A DNA stretch of 20,602 nucleotides from Sulfurimonadaceae bacterium (GTDB taxonomy: Bacteria; Campylobacterota; Campylobacteria; Campylobacterales; Sulfurimonadaceae). The notes beneath the pieces were generated by a model that saw only the letters and a list, made by a program, of their open reading frames with translations, was not told where the DNA came from and searched no databases. The position numbers and the translations under genes were made by a program. Below, piece after piece: positions 7,795 through 14,601 of the stretch; positions within the stretch are counted from its first letter, which is position 1, and each line of letters begins with the position of its first letter. The DNA is taken from positions 1-20,602 of the forward strand of contig JBFEXS010000028.1 in assembly GCA_041562555.1 (NCBI GenBank), read 5' to 3'.

Positions 7795-7837
7795 ATGATA
7801 CGGGGTTCTTGAAAGGGATCTGAAAGGCTTTTGAAAG
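7795..7837 (-). promoter_or_regulatory. Candidate OmpR/PhoB-type promoter: three direct repeats at 11-bp period plus a -10-like box
   Basis: TGAAAG at 7810, 7821 and 7832 (CTTTCA on the minus strand); minus-strand TATCAT at 7800-7795. Confidence 0.45.
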
Positions 7838-7838
7838 A

Positions 7839-8021
7839 CTAGGGTCTTGAGAAGTTCTTTTTATACTTTTTCAGCTCTTGACAAAAACATCCATCTTTGA
7901 AAAAATAGGTGTTGTGGGCGAAGCTCAACGACTCTTTTTTTTGTTCCAACATAAAACGTATATCATTGATGTCGACTTCATAAAACTTGTCACAATGTTC
8001 GCAATATAGCCTTGTCGTCAT
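7839..8021 (-). CDS. Small Cys-rich hypothetical protein (CxxC...CxC)
   Basis: 60-aa ORF with a strong AAGGAG RBS and the upstream motif shared with the ferredoxin gene. Confidence 0.7.
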   Translation of the reverse strand: MTTRLYCEHCDKFYEVDINDIRFMLEQKKESLSFAHNTYFFKDGCFCQELKKYKKNFSRP

Positions 8022-8038
8022 GGTCTCTCCTTATATAT

Positions 8039-8067
8039 TTTCTACAGGATATGCATTTCCTGTTCAT
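8039..8067 (-). promoter_or_regulatory. Copy 2 of the 29-bp repeated upstream motif
   Basis: TTTCTACAGGATATGCATTTCCTGTTCAT; near-perfect dyad ACAGGA-TATGCATT-TCCTGT. Confidence 0.7.
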
Positions 8068-8074
8068 TTGAGCC

Positions 8075-8458
8075 CTATTTGAGTCCAAATAGGGCAAGCG
8101 AGTGCAGGGTAGCACGTACGATGATATTCTCTTCCGGTCTAAACAGAGCAGATGAGATGACTTTGACACTCTCATAAATCTCTTCAAAACGGTGTTCCGG
8201 GTATGCGCTTTGTAGTACGATCCTGTCCATGGATGCATTCGCCAAGACGGCCATATCAAATGCACTGACATTGGATGGGCCGATTGCGACAAAAAAGTTT
8301 TCTAATGTATTATACAGTTTTGTTGCATTGGGAATGATTCCCCTGAAACTTCCGTGTATCAATTGCTCCTGAAGTTGAGGATCAAGAACTTCTGCCAAGG
8401 CGTTTATGAAAACTCAGACTTTGGTTCTGAGAAACAGACCTGCTGTGAGGAGTTTCAT
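8075..8458 (-). pseudogene. Probable 5'-truncated or disrupted TatD-like (TIM-barrel C-terminal half) gene
   Basis: Open frame 8075-8413 contains MDRIVLQSAYP, resembling TatD DRLLLETDAP, and a TatD-like ending (ATLHSLALFGLK); in-frame TGA at 8414-8416 between ATG 8458 and the body; no RBS at TTG 8398. Confidence 0.5.
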
Positions 8459-8574
8459 ATCGTTAATTCAGCTCTCAAGTTTTTTTGTGAGTTCGTCTTC
8501 TCGATGGCTGAGAATGGACAAATAAATGTAGATGAGGAAAGTGCTGAGGGAGTGTTTTCGTGTCTATCTTACAT

Positions 8575-9063
8575 TCAGCACTGATACTCAAAGGTAAAGT
8601 CATCCATTAGATATCCTTCACCGATGTCCTGCAGCTGCGTACCTGTGTTAATAAACCCAAGTGATTCGTAACTTTTGATGGCAATGGTGTTGCGAATGTT
8701 GACGGTAAGAGATAAACGGGAAACTCCCTGCTTTTGAGCCAAGGTACATAAAAAGGCCAAGGCCGCTTTTGCATATCCTTTTTTTCTCTGCTCCTTTTGG
8801 ATATAGAGTTTACTGATAAAAAGGGTATTTCTTTGCTGCTGCACGGCCATATAACCATAAACATCCTCTTTATCCCCTAGCAGATAGTAGCGGTAGCGGG
8901 CATTGATCTGTTCTAAAATCACCTGGGGACTTTGAAACTTCTGGAGCATATAATCCACCTGTTGTTGAGAGATGATAGAGGGATAATGTTCGTTCCAGAT
9001 CTCGCAGGCAAGTTCATGCACCCGTAAAATCTGAGGTGGCGTGAACACTTCGGTAATCTGCAT
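8575..9063 (-). CDS. GNAT family N-acetyltransferase
   Basis: LFISKLYI.KEQRKKGYA acetyl-CoA motif A, LTVN..N..AIKSYESLGF; AAGGAAG RBS. Confidence 0.92.
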   Translation of the reverse strand: MQITEVFTPPQILRVHELACEIWNEHYPSIISQQQVDYMLQKFQSPQVILEQINARYRYYLLGDKEDVYGYMAVQQQRNTLFISKLYIQKEQRKKGYAKAALAFLCTLAQKQGVSRLSLTVNIRNTIAIKSYESLGFINTGTQLQDIGEGYLMDDFTFEYQC

Positions 9064-9223
9064 TCTCTTCCTTTCTTGGTTTTAAACAGAATGAGGTATA
9101 GCTGTTCGTGAGTATATCACAGGAAAAGATAGAAGCTTTGTTGCAGATCTCTTTACATCAGAATCTTACAAATAATTGTAGTGCTCATGATGAGCTGTGC
9201 CATGTGAACTGAAGGAAATCGGA

Positions 9224-9319
9224 ATGAAATTGCATAAAAAATATTCTTCCATACATGAATACTTTTTACCTGTGCTTTATCTGGTCTTGATAGCAGTTAC
9301 GGTCTATTCCAAGGGCTGA
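9224..9319 (+). CDS. Candidate 31-aa small membrane protein MKLHKKYSSIHEYFLPVLYLVLIAVTVYSKG
   Basis: AAGGA RBS at 9212-9216; basic N-terminus plus one hydrophobic stretch; fills an otherwise empty 284-bp gap. Confidence 0.45.
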   Translation: MKLHKKYSSIHEYFLPVLYLVLIAVTVYSKG

Positions 9320-9347
9320 AAAATGTTGTTGGCAGGTGAGGGTAAAC

Positions 9348-9713
9348 CTACTCCTCATCCTCTGCAGCGATCTCTGCACGGATTTCGTCCATATCAAGGC
9401 CCTTGACATGATCAATCATTTTTCCAAAGGCTTCTTCCGGTAGGGAACCGGCCTGATTGAGCAAGATAATCCCGTCTCTGACGACCATGATCGTTGGGAT
9501 AGACATGATACCGTATTGTGTTGCGATGCTGTGCTGCTCCTCCGTATTGACTTTTCCAAAGATGACATCAGGATACTGATCGGATACTCTTTCGAAGATC
9601 GGGCCAAACTGTCTGCAAGGTCCACACCACTCTGCCCAAAAGTCGATAATGACAATTCCCTCACTGTCAAGAGTCTGATTGAAATTGTCTGTTGTTAGTT
9701 CTACACATGCCAT
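9348..9713 (-). CDS. trxA: Thioredoxin
   Basis: IDFWAEWCGPC, SIPT cis-Pro motif; AAGGAG RBS. Confidence 0.95.
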   Translation of the reverse strand: MACVELTTDNFNQTLDSEGIVIIDFWAEWCGPCRQFGPIFERVSDQYPDVIFGKVNTEEQHSIATQYGIMSIPTIMVVRDGIILLNQAGSLPEEAFGKMIDHVKGLDMDEIRAEIAAEDEE

Positions 9714-9819
9714 GGTATCTCCTTAAATTTGGACGAAGTATAGCATAGAGCTTTAAACTTTGTGAAGATTATATTTTTGATAAATAATAATTATCCGATT
9801 TGAATCCCAATCCAATTAC

Positions 9820-9861
9820 TTGATATGTGTCAATGTGGTTTGATCCGGTATTGATTATAAT
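9820..9861 (+). promoter_or_regulatory. FNR/CRP-family box plus -10 element (class II promoter geometry)
   Basis: TTGAT-ATGT-GTCAA 9820-9833 (9/10 match to TTGAT-N4-ATCAA); TATAAT 9856-9861; box centre is at -41.5 if +1 is 9868. Confidence 0.7.
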
Positions 9862-9893
9862 TACAGGATAAGAAAATATAAGAGAGATTTGTT

Positions 9894-10274
9894 GTGCAAC
9901 TTCACGAGAACATTAGCAGAGAAAACATCATTCAGCTGATGCGCCTGTTCTATTCCAAGGCGATGAAAGATGATAATATCGGCCATTATTTTCTGGATAC
10001 CCTGGGAGATGAGATGAACAATGCCCTTTGGCGGAAGCATATCGATCTGTTGACAGACTTCTGGCTGACTATCCTGGCAGTCGAGCGATGTTATGAACGC
10101 GACCCTTACACGCCGCACGTTGACCTTCCTGCACTGAAGAGGGAGGACTTTAGCCAATGGAAACAGCTTTTTTTTACCTCTGTGGACGAGCTTTATATTC
10201 CCCAAATTGCAGAGCGTTTTAAGAAAAAAGGAGAGATGTTCTCCAAGCGTTTCATGCGCAATCTAAATCTATGA
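9894..10274 (+). CDS. Group III truncated haemoglobin (Ctb-like), copy 1
   Basis: FY (B9-B10), IGHYF, W..H (E7), DFW, P...H (F8), F..W..LF; GTG start. Confidence 0.9.
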   Translation: MQLHENISRENIIQLMRLFYSKAMKDDNIGHYFLDTLGDEMNNALWRKHIDLLTDFWLTILAVERCYERDPYTPHVDLPALKREDFSQWKQLFFTSVDELYIPQIAERFKKKGEMFSKRFMRNLNL

Positions 10275-10279
10275 CATTG

Positions 10280-10288
10280 TGGTATAAT
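10280..10288 (+). promoter_or_regulatory. Extended -10 promoter for the second globin
   Basis: TGGTATAAT (TGnTATAAT). Confidence 0.55.
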
Positions 10289-10321
10289 TACATCAACATA
10301 TAATTATCTTTTGTCTTTGTA

Positions 10322-10732
10322 ATGTTTAAGACGATATTAAAAGGAAGTGGTCTGGAACGCTACGACACGATTACCCGAGAAAATTTAATTGATTTAATGA
10401 CACGCTTTTATACCAAGGCAATTGTTGATGATATCCTGGGCCCGTATTTTATTCATGAGATCAGTGAGGATATCAGTGATGAGGATTGGCAGGAGCATAT
10501 CGAGCTTCTATCAGATTTTTGGAGAGCGATCCTGTTGAATGAAGGACCTTACTGGGGAAACCCGTCCGGAGCACATTTTGGTATCGCTAACATCACCCGT
10601 GAAAGTTTTATGGTCTGGATCGACCTCTTCTCCGAGACAGCCGACGAGGTCTACATCCCTGAGATATCCATACGCTTCAAAGAAGCAGGAATCTCATTTG
10701 CTGACAAGTTCATGGATGATCTAATGATCTAA
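10322..10732 (+). CDS. Group III truncated haemoglobin (Ctb-like), copy 2; true start possibly CTG at 10352
   Basis: FY, LGPYF, W.EH, DFW, Y.GNP..AH, F..W..LF; clearly paralogous to the upstream gene. Confidence 0.9.
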   Translation: MFKTILKGSGLERYDTITRENLIDLMTRFYTKAIVDDILGPYFIHEISEDISDEDWQEHIELLSDFWRAILLNEGPYWGNPSGAHFGIANITRESFMVWIDLFSETADEVYIPEISIRFKEAGISFADKFMDDLMI

Positions 10733-10735
10733 CTC

Positions 10736-10756
10736 AGTATCGTCCGATACTTTTTC
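10736..10756 (+). terminator. Probable intrinsic terminator
   Basis: AGTATC-GTCC-GATACT stem-loop running into a T tract just after the globin stop. Confidence 0.55.
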
Positions 10757-10843
10757 TATGCGTTTATAGATATTTTGCTACTCTTAAAGATCGAATATGA
10801 TTTTAAAACATGTCCTCAGCTTTTGGCTTTGTTGGTTATGATA

Positions 10844-10931
10844 GGAGTATGAAGATAGGGATGAGAGAATCCCTGAAGAGGTGTCTGTCTCTTCAATATA
10901 TGGACGAGATGGATACTCCAATAAGGAGGAT
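10844..10931 (+). promoter_or_regulatory. Candidate structured 5' leader with alternative anti-SD pairing
   Basis: P1 GGAGTAT/ATACTCC encloses hairpins AGGGAT/ATCCCT and GAAGAG/CTCTTC; ATACTCC can alternatively pair with the SD GGAGGAT. Confidence 0.35.
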
Positions 10932-10934
10932 GCT

Positions 10935-11252
10935 ATGTTAGTTCCACGCCATGAAAAAATAGAAACGCTACGGGCTATGATTGGGCTCGTAGATAATATA
11001 ACTGTAGACCCGGATGTCAAGATTGATTATTACATTCCTGATGTCATGACTACGGTTGAGGCCAGAGATATGTCAAATGATCCGTATATTCAGTTTACCT
11101 ACGAAGCGAACGGTCAACGTCCGCAGGTACAGTATATGCCTCTAAAGGACAATTATCTTCAAAAAACACCTGAGGACCTGGCAGATTTGGTCACCTTCAA
11201 TGTAGAACGATTCACTGAAGAGATCGACTCCACCTTCTACGGTGCACAGTAA
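10935..11252 (+). CDS. Hypothetical protein (105 aa)
   Basis: Strong AAGGAGG RBS before ATG 10935; followed by hairpin GGGTTAT/ATAACCC at 11263-11285. Confidence 0.8.
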   Translation: MLVPRHEKIETLRAMIGLVDNITVDPDVKIDYYIPDVMTTVEARDMSNDPYIQFTYEANGQRPQVQYMPLKDNYLQKTPEDLADLVTFNVERFTEEIDSTFYGAQ

Positions 11253-11336
11253 GCCTTGGCTTGGGTTATAGCGTCTGCATAACCCGGCCATCTCCAATAT
11301 CCCCTTTTTAGTTCACCTCATCAGAATGAAGCCCTT

Positions 11337-11345
11337 TGTTATAAT
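11337..11345 (+). promoter_or_regulatory. Extended -10 promoter of sfsA
   Basis: TGTTATAAT 20 bp upstream of the start. Confidence 0.6.
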
Positions 11346-11365
11346 GTCGAAAAAATGAGAGCAGT

Positions 11366-12052
11366 ATGGATTTTATTGAAGGCAGGTTGATCAAGCGTTA
11401 TAAACGTTTTTTAGCTGATGTTAGATTGAATGATGGTGAGATTGTGACGGCCCATTGCCCTAACTCTGGATCGATGAAGGGGTATAAAGAGGAGGGGCTC
11501 AAAGTCTGGTTAAGTAGGAGTGATAATCCAAAACGTAAGTTGGCCTACACCTGGGAGATGGTAGAAGATGTACAAGGGGAGAAAATATTGGTACATGCGG
11601 CCAAAGCCAACAGTCTTGTCAAAGAGGCTATCAAATCCGGTGTGATCGAAGAGCTCCAGGATTATGAGAACCTTCGTACGGAAGTCAAGTATGGAAGCCA
11701 GAACAGCCGCATCGACCTGCTCTTGGAAAAGAAAGATCAGAAGTGTTATGTTGAAGTCAAAAGTGTGACGATGAAAGAGGAAGGGACCTTGATGTTCCCG
11801 GATGCGGTGACAACTCGCGGGCAGAAGCATCTGCAGGAGTTGATGGAAGTCAAGGCCCAGGGAGACAGGGCAGTGCTGTTTTTTGCTGTGCTTCGCGAGG
11901 GTGGGACAGCATTCACAGCGGCTGAAGAGATCGATGCAAAATATGCTCAGCTCTTGAATGAAGCCATGGCTTTCGGTGTAGAGGTGCTGATCTATCGATG
12001 CAATTTTGATGGGGATAGCATCCATCTGGACAAAAGAGTACCGTGGCTCTAG
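11366..12052 (+). CDS. sfsA: DNA/RNA nuclease SfsA (sugar fermentation stimulation protein)
   Basis: RYKRFLADV, AHCPNSGSM, SRIDLLL, YVEVKSVT, FPDAVTTRGQKHLQEL. Confidence 0.97.
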   Translation: MDFIEGRLIKRYKRFLADVRLNDGEIVTAHCPNSGSMKGYKEEGLKVWLSRSDNPKRKLAYTWEMVEDVQGEKILVHAAKANSLVKEAIKSGVIEELQDYENLRTEVKYGSQNSRIDLLLEKKDQKCYVEVKSVTMKEEGTLMFPDAVTTRGQKHLQELMEVKAQGDRAVLFFAVLREGGTAFTAAEEIDAKYAQLLNEAMAFGVEVLIYRCNFDGDSIHLDKRVPWL

Positions 12053-12106
12053 TGTCCATTGGTTTATCTTCCTGTGTTATAACTTGATATTATAAAGGGG
12101 AAGAGA

Positions 12107-12190
12107 ATGGATGCTTCAACAATGATGTCAACAGCATGTATATTGGTTTTGGTATTTGCATTTGATTGGGAAAGACTGTTAGCGAGATAA
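12107..12190 (+). CDS. Candidate 27-aa small hydrophobic protein MDASTMMSTACILVLVFAFDWERLLAR
   Basis: Purine-rich AAGGGGAAGAG RBS; upstream TGTTATAAC extended -10-like element; hydrophobic core. Confidence 0.4.
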   Translation: MDASTMMSTACILVLVFAFDWERLLAR

Positions 12191-12290
12191 AAAACTTTGC
12201 TTATCCAACTGGTTTGAATTCCTAAGAGAAGTATCAAATAAAAAGGACTAAAATGTTCACAGATACCTCCATACATAGAAGGGGAAAATT

Positions 12291-12647
12291 ATGAATACAG
12301 TAGATAAATATGCAAATATTCAAGAAGAACTTCCAAAGCTTCAAAAAGTTCTTTTGGACGCGATACAATCAGAATTTTTAGAGATACAGCGTGTTGAGAA
12401 ACAGTGTGACAAGTATGAGGAAGCATGTGAAAAGATTCCTGAACTTAAAGATGCATATTTTGTTGTGTACTCGAAGTACATCAAAAAAAGTGATCATAGA
12501 TATGAGAAATTCATCTTTTTGGATGAAGAGGGACAGGAAGTCTGTAATGTCAGTGGTCAGGAGATGGCTCTGTACGGACTTCTGAGCCCATGTATGAACC
12601 TGTCATTATCTAAAGAGTACGAAGAGGCGATTACGCATCCTGCATAA
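12291..12647 (+). CDS. Hypothetical protein
   Basis: 118-aa ORF with AAGGGG RBS and plausible composition. Confidence 0.8.
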   Translation: MNTVDKYANIQEELPKLQKVLLDAIQSEFLEIQRVEKQCDKYEEACEKIPELKDAYFVVYSKYIKKSDHRYEKFIFLDEEGQEVCNVSGQEMALYGLLSPCMNLSLSKEYEEAITHPA

Positions 12648-12715
12648 GCGCTTCTGTAACATTCCTCTCTTCTTTCTTCCCGAATCGAACTTTTATATTC
12701 TTATACGCATATTAT

Positions 12716-12732
12716 TTGGAACACCACTTGCT
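12716..12732 (+). promoter_or_regulatory. Sigma-54 (RpoN) -24/-12 promoter
   Basis: TTGGAACACCACTTGCT: GG 12718-12719 and GC 12730-12731 separated by 10 nt. Confidence 0.75.
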
Positions 12733-12760
12733 ACATAATTTCTAAACAAAAGGAGTTATC

Positions 12761-13030
12761 ATGCAAAAGACAGTAGTTGAAAACTTGAGTGGATATCCAC
12801 AAAAGCTGGTTGATTTACAATGGCTTGAAGATGAGCTTCATGATGTGAATCAGGATGAGGTCAATCTTGATTGGAACCGCCAGAAAAAGTGTGTTGAACA
12901 CAAATTTTCTGACGATTGGGAAGTGGAATATTGTGTATTGGAGCATTGGGCCGAGCATGTAGGTGCTAAGTTTGATATGACAGAAGAGGCAAATAAAGAA
13001 GGTTATTTTTCAGCCTTTATTTATCGCTAA
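12761..13030 (+). CDS. Acidic hypothetical protein (89 aa)
   Basis: AAGGAG RBS, sigma-54 box upstream; 3' end overlaps the convergent methyltransferase by 21 bp. Confidence 0.8.
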   Translation: MQKTVVENLSGYPQKLVDLQWLEDELHDVNQDEVNLDWNRQKKCVEHKFSDDWEVEYCVLEHWAEHVGAKFDMTEEANKEGYFSAFIYR

Positions 13031-13600
13031 AACAAGATTAAGCCAAAACTCTCCCTTCCTTTCGGGACGGGTGTCTTCAAGTACCAGGCTCTCTTGAATA
13101 TGCACAAAGCGCGGATCAAGAAGTGGTGTAAAACCCTCAAGTGTATAGGAGTTGAACATGCGGTTGTCTTTGACATACTCTTGTTCTCCATATTTGAACG
13201 AGAGATAGAGAATTCCCTCTGACTTCAGGGCATTATAAAGAACCTGCAGTGTCTCAGGCATCTCTTTTTTACTGACATGCAAGAGTGAGGCAGAGGCCCA
13301 GACAGCATCGAATTCATCGTTAAAATCCAATTCATCGAAACGGCATTGGATTACTTTTTGCGACAGCAGTTGACCGGCAAAAACACACATCTTGGGCGAT
13401 GCATCAAAGGCAGTGACCCTATATCCTTTCTTTTTAAAATAGAGACTGTCCCTTCCAGATCCGCAGCCGGCATCCAGTACCTTTGCATCCGGACGTATAT
13501 ACTTTTCAAATAGTGCATATTGCAGGTGCATCTGCTTATGTAGGGTGTCCTCAATAAATTCTTGGGCATGTTCTTCATAGTAGCGTAAGGTAGGATTCAT
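13010..13600 (-). CDS. Class I SAM-dependent methyltransferase
   Basis: VLDAGCGSGRD motif I, VTAFDAS, FDAVWASASLLH, LK..GILYLSFKYG. Confidence 0.93.
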   Translation of the reverse strand: MNPTLRYYEEHAQEFIEDTLHKQMHLQYALFEKYIRPDAKVLDAGCGSGRDSLYFKKKGYRVTAFDASPKMCVFAGQLLSQKVIQCRFDELDFNDEFDAVWASASLLHVSKKEMPETLQVLYNALKSEGILYLSFKYGEQEYVKDNRMFNSYTLEGFTPLLDPRFVHIQESLVLEDTRPERKGEFWLNLVLAINKG

Positions 13601-14469
13601 CTCAGATGTTCATAGATACGCTGCATCATAGGTGTTTTGAGGCCATAATCCTGTCCACGTTTGACGATATAACCGCAAAGCGTTTCCAGTTCATTCTCTT
13701 TGCCTGCTTGAATATCCAGCCAAAGGGATGTCGGTGCATCCAGAGGGAGTTTTGAAGCAGTCTCAATTGCTTTGTCCAACTCTTTTTGACTTAGTGCAAT
13801 ATCTTTAGCTTGGGCAACACTAAGGATCTCGTTCAAGACATCTCTGAATTCTTGTTCATGCTCTTTGTAGATACTCCCCATACCCATTTCGTAATAGGAA
13901 GTTAATGAACCCATGGCAGAGATAAAGAGGAATTTCTTCCATAACTCTTTGTGAATGTCCGTTGCAAACTTGGTGCGTAGACCTGCGTGTTCAAGCAGGG
14001 GTGATAATAGTGCTTCAAGCGTGTCGCTGAGGATCAATGCAAAGACGTTGGTTGATTTTTTGATGACACCTGCTTGATGTTTATGGGAGACGATATAGAC
14101 ACAGGCATCGGCTATCTTGGCGGGAGTGAGTCCTTCAAGAGATTCCCGATTATTCACTCCGTTCGCAACAGGGATCACAAGGGTGTTTTCATCTATGGCA
14201 TCCTTGAGTTGCAGGAGTGTCTCTTTTGCATGATAGGTCTTGGTACATAGGAATATGATGTCTACAGGCCTGTCTATACGTTCCACCGATTCACTTGGAA
14301 AGTAGTACTGCTCTTCATCGACATCGATAAGTTTTAAGCCTTTTTGCTTGATAGCCTGCAGATGTTCACCTCTGGCGACAAAGATGATATCATGCTCTTT
14401 TTTAAGGGCACAGAGCTTTGCTCCAATATATCCTCCAACCCCGCCTAATCCTACTACCGCAATTCTCAT
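13597..14469 (-). CDS. panE: 2-dehydropantoate 2-reductase (ketopantoate reductase)
   Basis: GLGGVGG, ARGEHL, LCTKTY, NGV, LWKKFLFIS, SLWLD...G..NELE. Confidence 0.92.
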   Translation of the reverse strand: MRIAVVGLGGVGGYIGAKLCALKKEHDIIFVARGEHLQAIKQKGLKLIDVDEEQYYFPSESVERIDRPVDIIFLCTKTYHAKETLLQLKDAIDENTLVIPVANGVNNRESLEGLTPAKIADACVYIVSHKHQAGVIKKSTNVFALILSDTLEALLSPLLEHAGLRTKFATDIHKELWKKFLFISAMGSLTSYYEMGMGSIYKEHEQEFRDVLNEILSVAQAKDIALSQKELDKAIETASKLPLDAPTSLWLDIQAGKENELETLCGYIVKRGQDYGLKTPMMQRIYEHLR

Positions 14470-14601
14470 GACAATCCTTTGTGAAATTATACTTAAAAGT
14501 TATATAATAGATATAGGGCTTTGTGAAATAAGCTTTGGAGGTCTCTTGTGTATAATCGAAATATTTGTACAAGAGAGTGTGCAATATATGAGGAGCTTGC
14601 T

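Noticed and set aside
8414..8416. In-frame TGA in the TatD-like frame as selenocysteine or readthrough
   Set aside because: No evident SECIS hairpin and no redox motif context; decay is the simpler explanation
10849..10941. 30-codon uORF MKIGMRESLKR... overlapping the start at 10935
   Set aside because: SD-like AGGAG is only 1 nt from the ATG; the region is better explained by RNA structure
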